Assembly (NCBI GenBank): GCA_030390025.1
Contig: CM059432.1
Coordinates: 78,308,001-78,372,000 of the forward strand
Reading direction: 5' to 3'
From: Squalus acanthias
Lineage: Eukaryota
Length of the DNA stretch: 64,000 nucleotides
In this document: positions 63,330 to 64,000 of the stretch, in pieces
Position numbering within the stretch: position 1 is the stretch's first letter
Layout of the letters: each line of letters begins with the position of its first letter
Position numbers and translations under genes: made by a program
The notes under the pieces: model-generated
Databases searched by the model: none
What the model was told of the DNA's origin: nothing
What the model saw: only the letters and a program-made list of their open reading frames with translations

Positions 63330-64000
63330 CTTTGGCCAGTCAGTTTAATGTCGGTGGTGGGGAAGCTTTTAGAAACAATAATCTAGGAGAAAATGAACAA
63401 CCACTTGGATCCATTTTGATAGGAAGAATGAGGAGAGACAATACAAGCTAAATGGTACAATTTTAAAGGGGGTACAAGAAGAGAGAGACCTGGGGGTGTT
63501 TGTGCACAAATCTTTGAAGGTGCCAGGACAGGTTAACAAAGCAGTTAATAAAGCATATGGGATCCTGGGCTTTATAAATAGAGGCATAGAGTACAAAACA
63601 ACAACAACAACTTGTAAATAGTAAAACGTCCCATGGCGCTTCACAGGTTTGTCATAAAACAAAATTTGACACCGAGCCACATAAGAAGAAATTAGGGCAG
63701 GTGACTTGGTCAAAGAGGTAGGTTTTAAGGAGCGTCTTAAAGGAGGAAAGAGAGGTAGAGAGGCGGAGAGGTTTAGGGAGGGAATTCCAGAGCTTAGGAC
63801 ATTAGCAGCTGAAGGCATGGCCGCCAATGATTGAGTGATTAAAATCAGGGATGCTCAAAGGCCAGAATTAGAGGACCGCAGATCCAAAAGTCAGGAAGTT
63901 ATGCTAAACCTATATAAAACACTAGTTCGGCCCCAGCTGGAGTATTGTGTCCAATTCTGGGCACCACACTTTAGGAAGGATGTGAAGGCTTTGGAATGGG
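63330..64000 (+). mobile_element. CR1 fragment with an internal deletion, interrupted by an L2 3' end; runs off the window
   Basis: [39 protein letters not shown]. Confidence 0.8.
63597..63885 (-). mobile_element. L2 LINE 3' end
   Basis: Matches 1693-2005; (AAC)n tail; flanked by CAAAA on both sides. Confidence 0.8.

Noticed and set aside
1..64000. CRISPR array, rRNA or prokaryotic operon
   Set aside because: There is no regularly spaced repeat-spacer pattern or rRNA signature. The window is intron-rich vertebrate DNA.

Overview
This is vertebrate genomic DNA, almost certainly a shark or other elasmobranch (HE1-like V-SINE, SacSINE1-like DeuSINE, abundant CR1/HER1-type LINEs). The only host gene is the middle and 3' part of TRIM55 (MuRF2, muscle RING-finger E3 ligase) on the + strand. 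Eight exons with canonical AG/GT borders and compatible phases lie between 18118 and 52261. They cover the B-box, coiled coil, COS box, acidic region, the ADPLFYPxW exon and a 91-nt exon encoding a hydrophobic, membrane-anchor-like segment. The RING exons were not found, and the last exon was not confidently found. The introns are dense with transposons, especially PIF/Harbinger DNA transposons. There are three two-gene elements (DDE transposase plus a convergent, 3-exon Myb/SANT-coiled-coil gene), one with an uninterrupted transposase ORF. There are also three older transposase fossils and about eight non-autonomous derivatives with readable TIRs and mostly readable 3-bp TSDs. Other repeats are a solo LTR, a hAT MITE, an LF-SINE-like element and multi-level LINE nests. 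All calls were made by eye; family names come from recalled motifs, not database searches.
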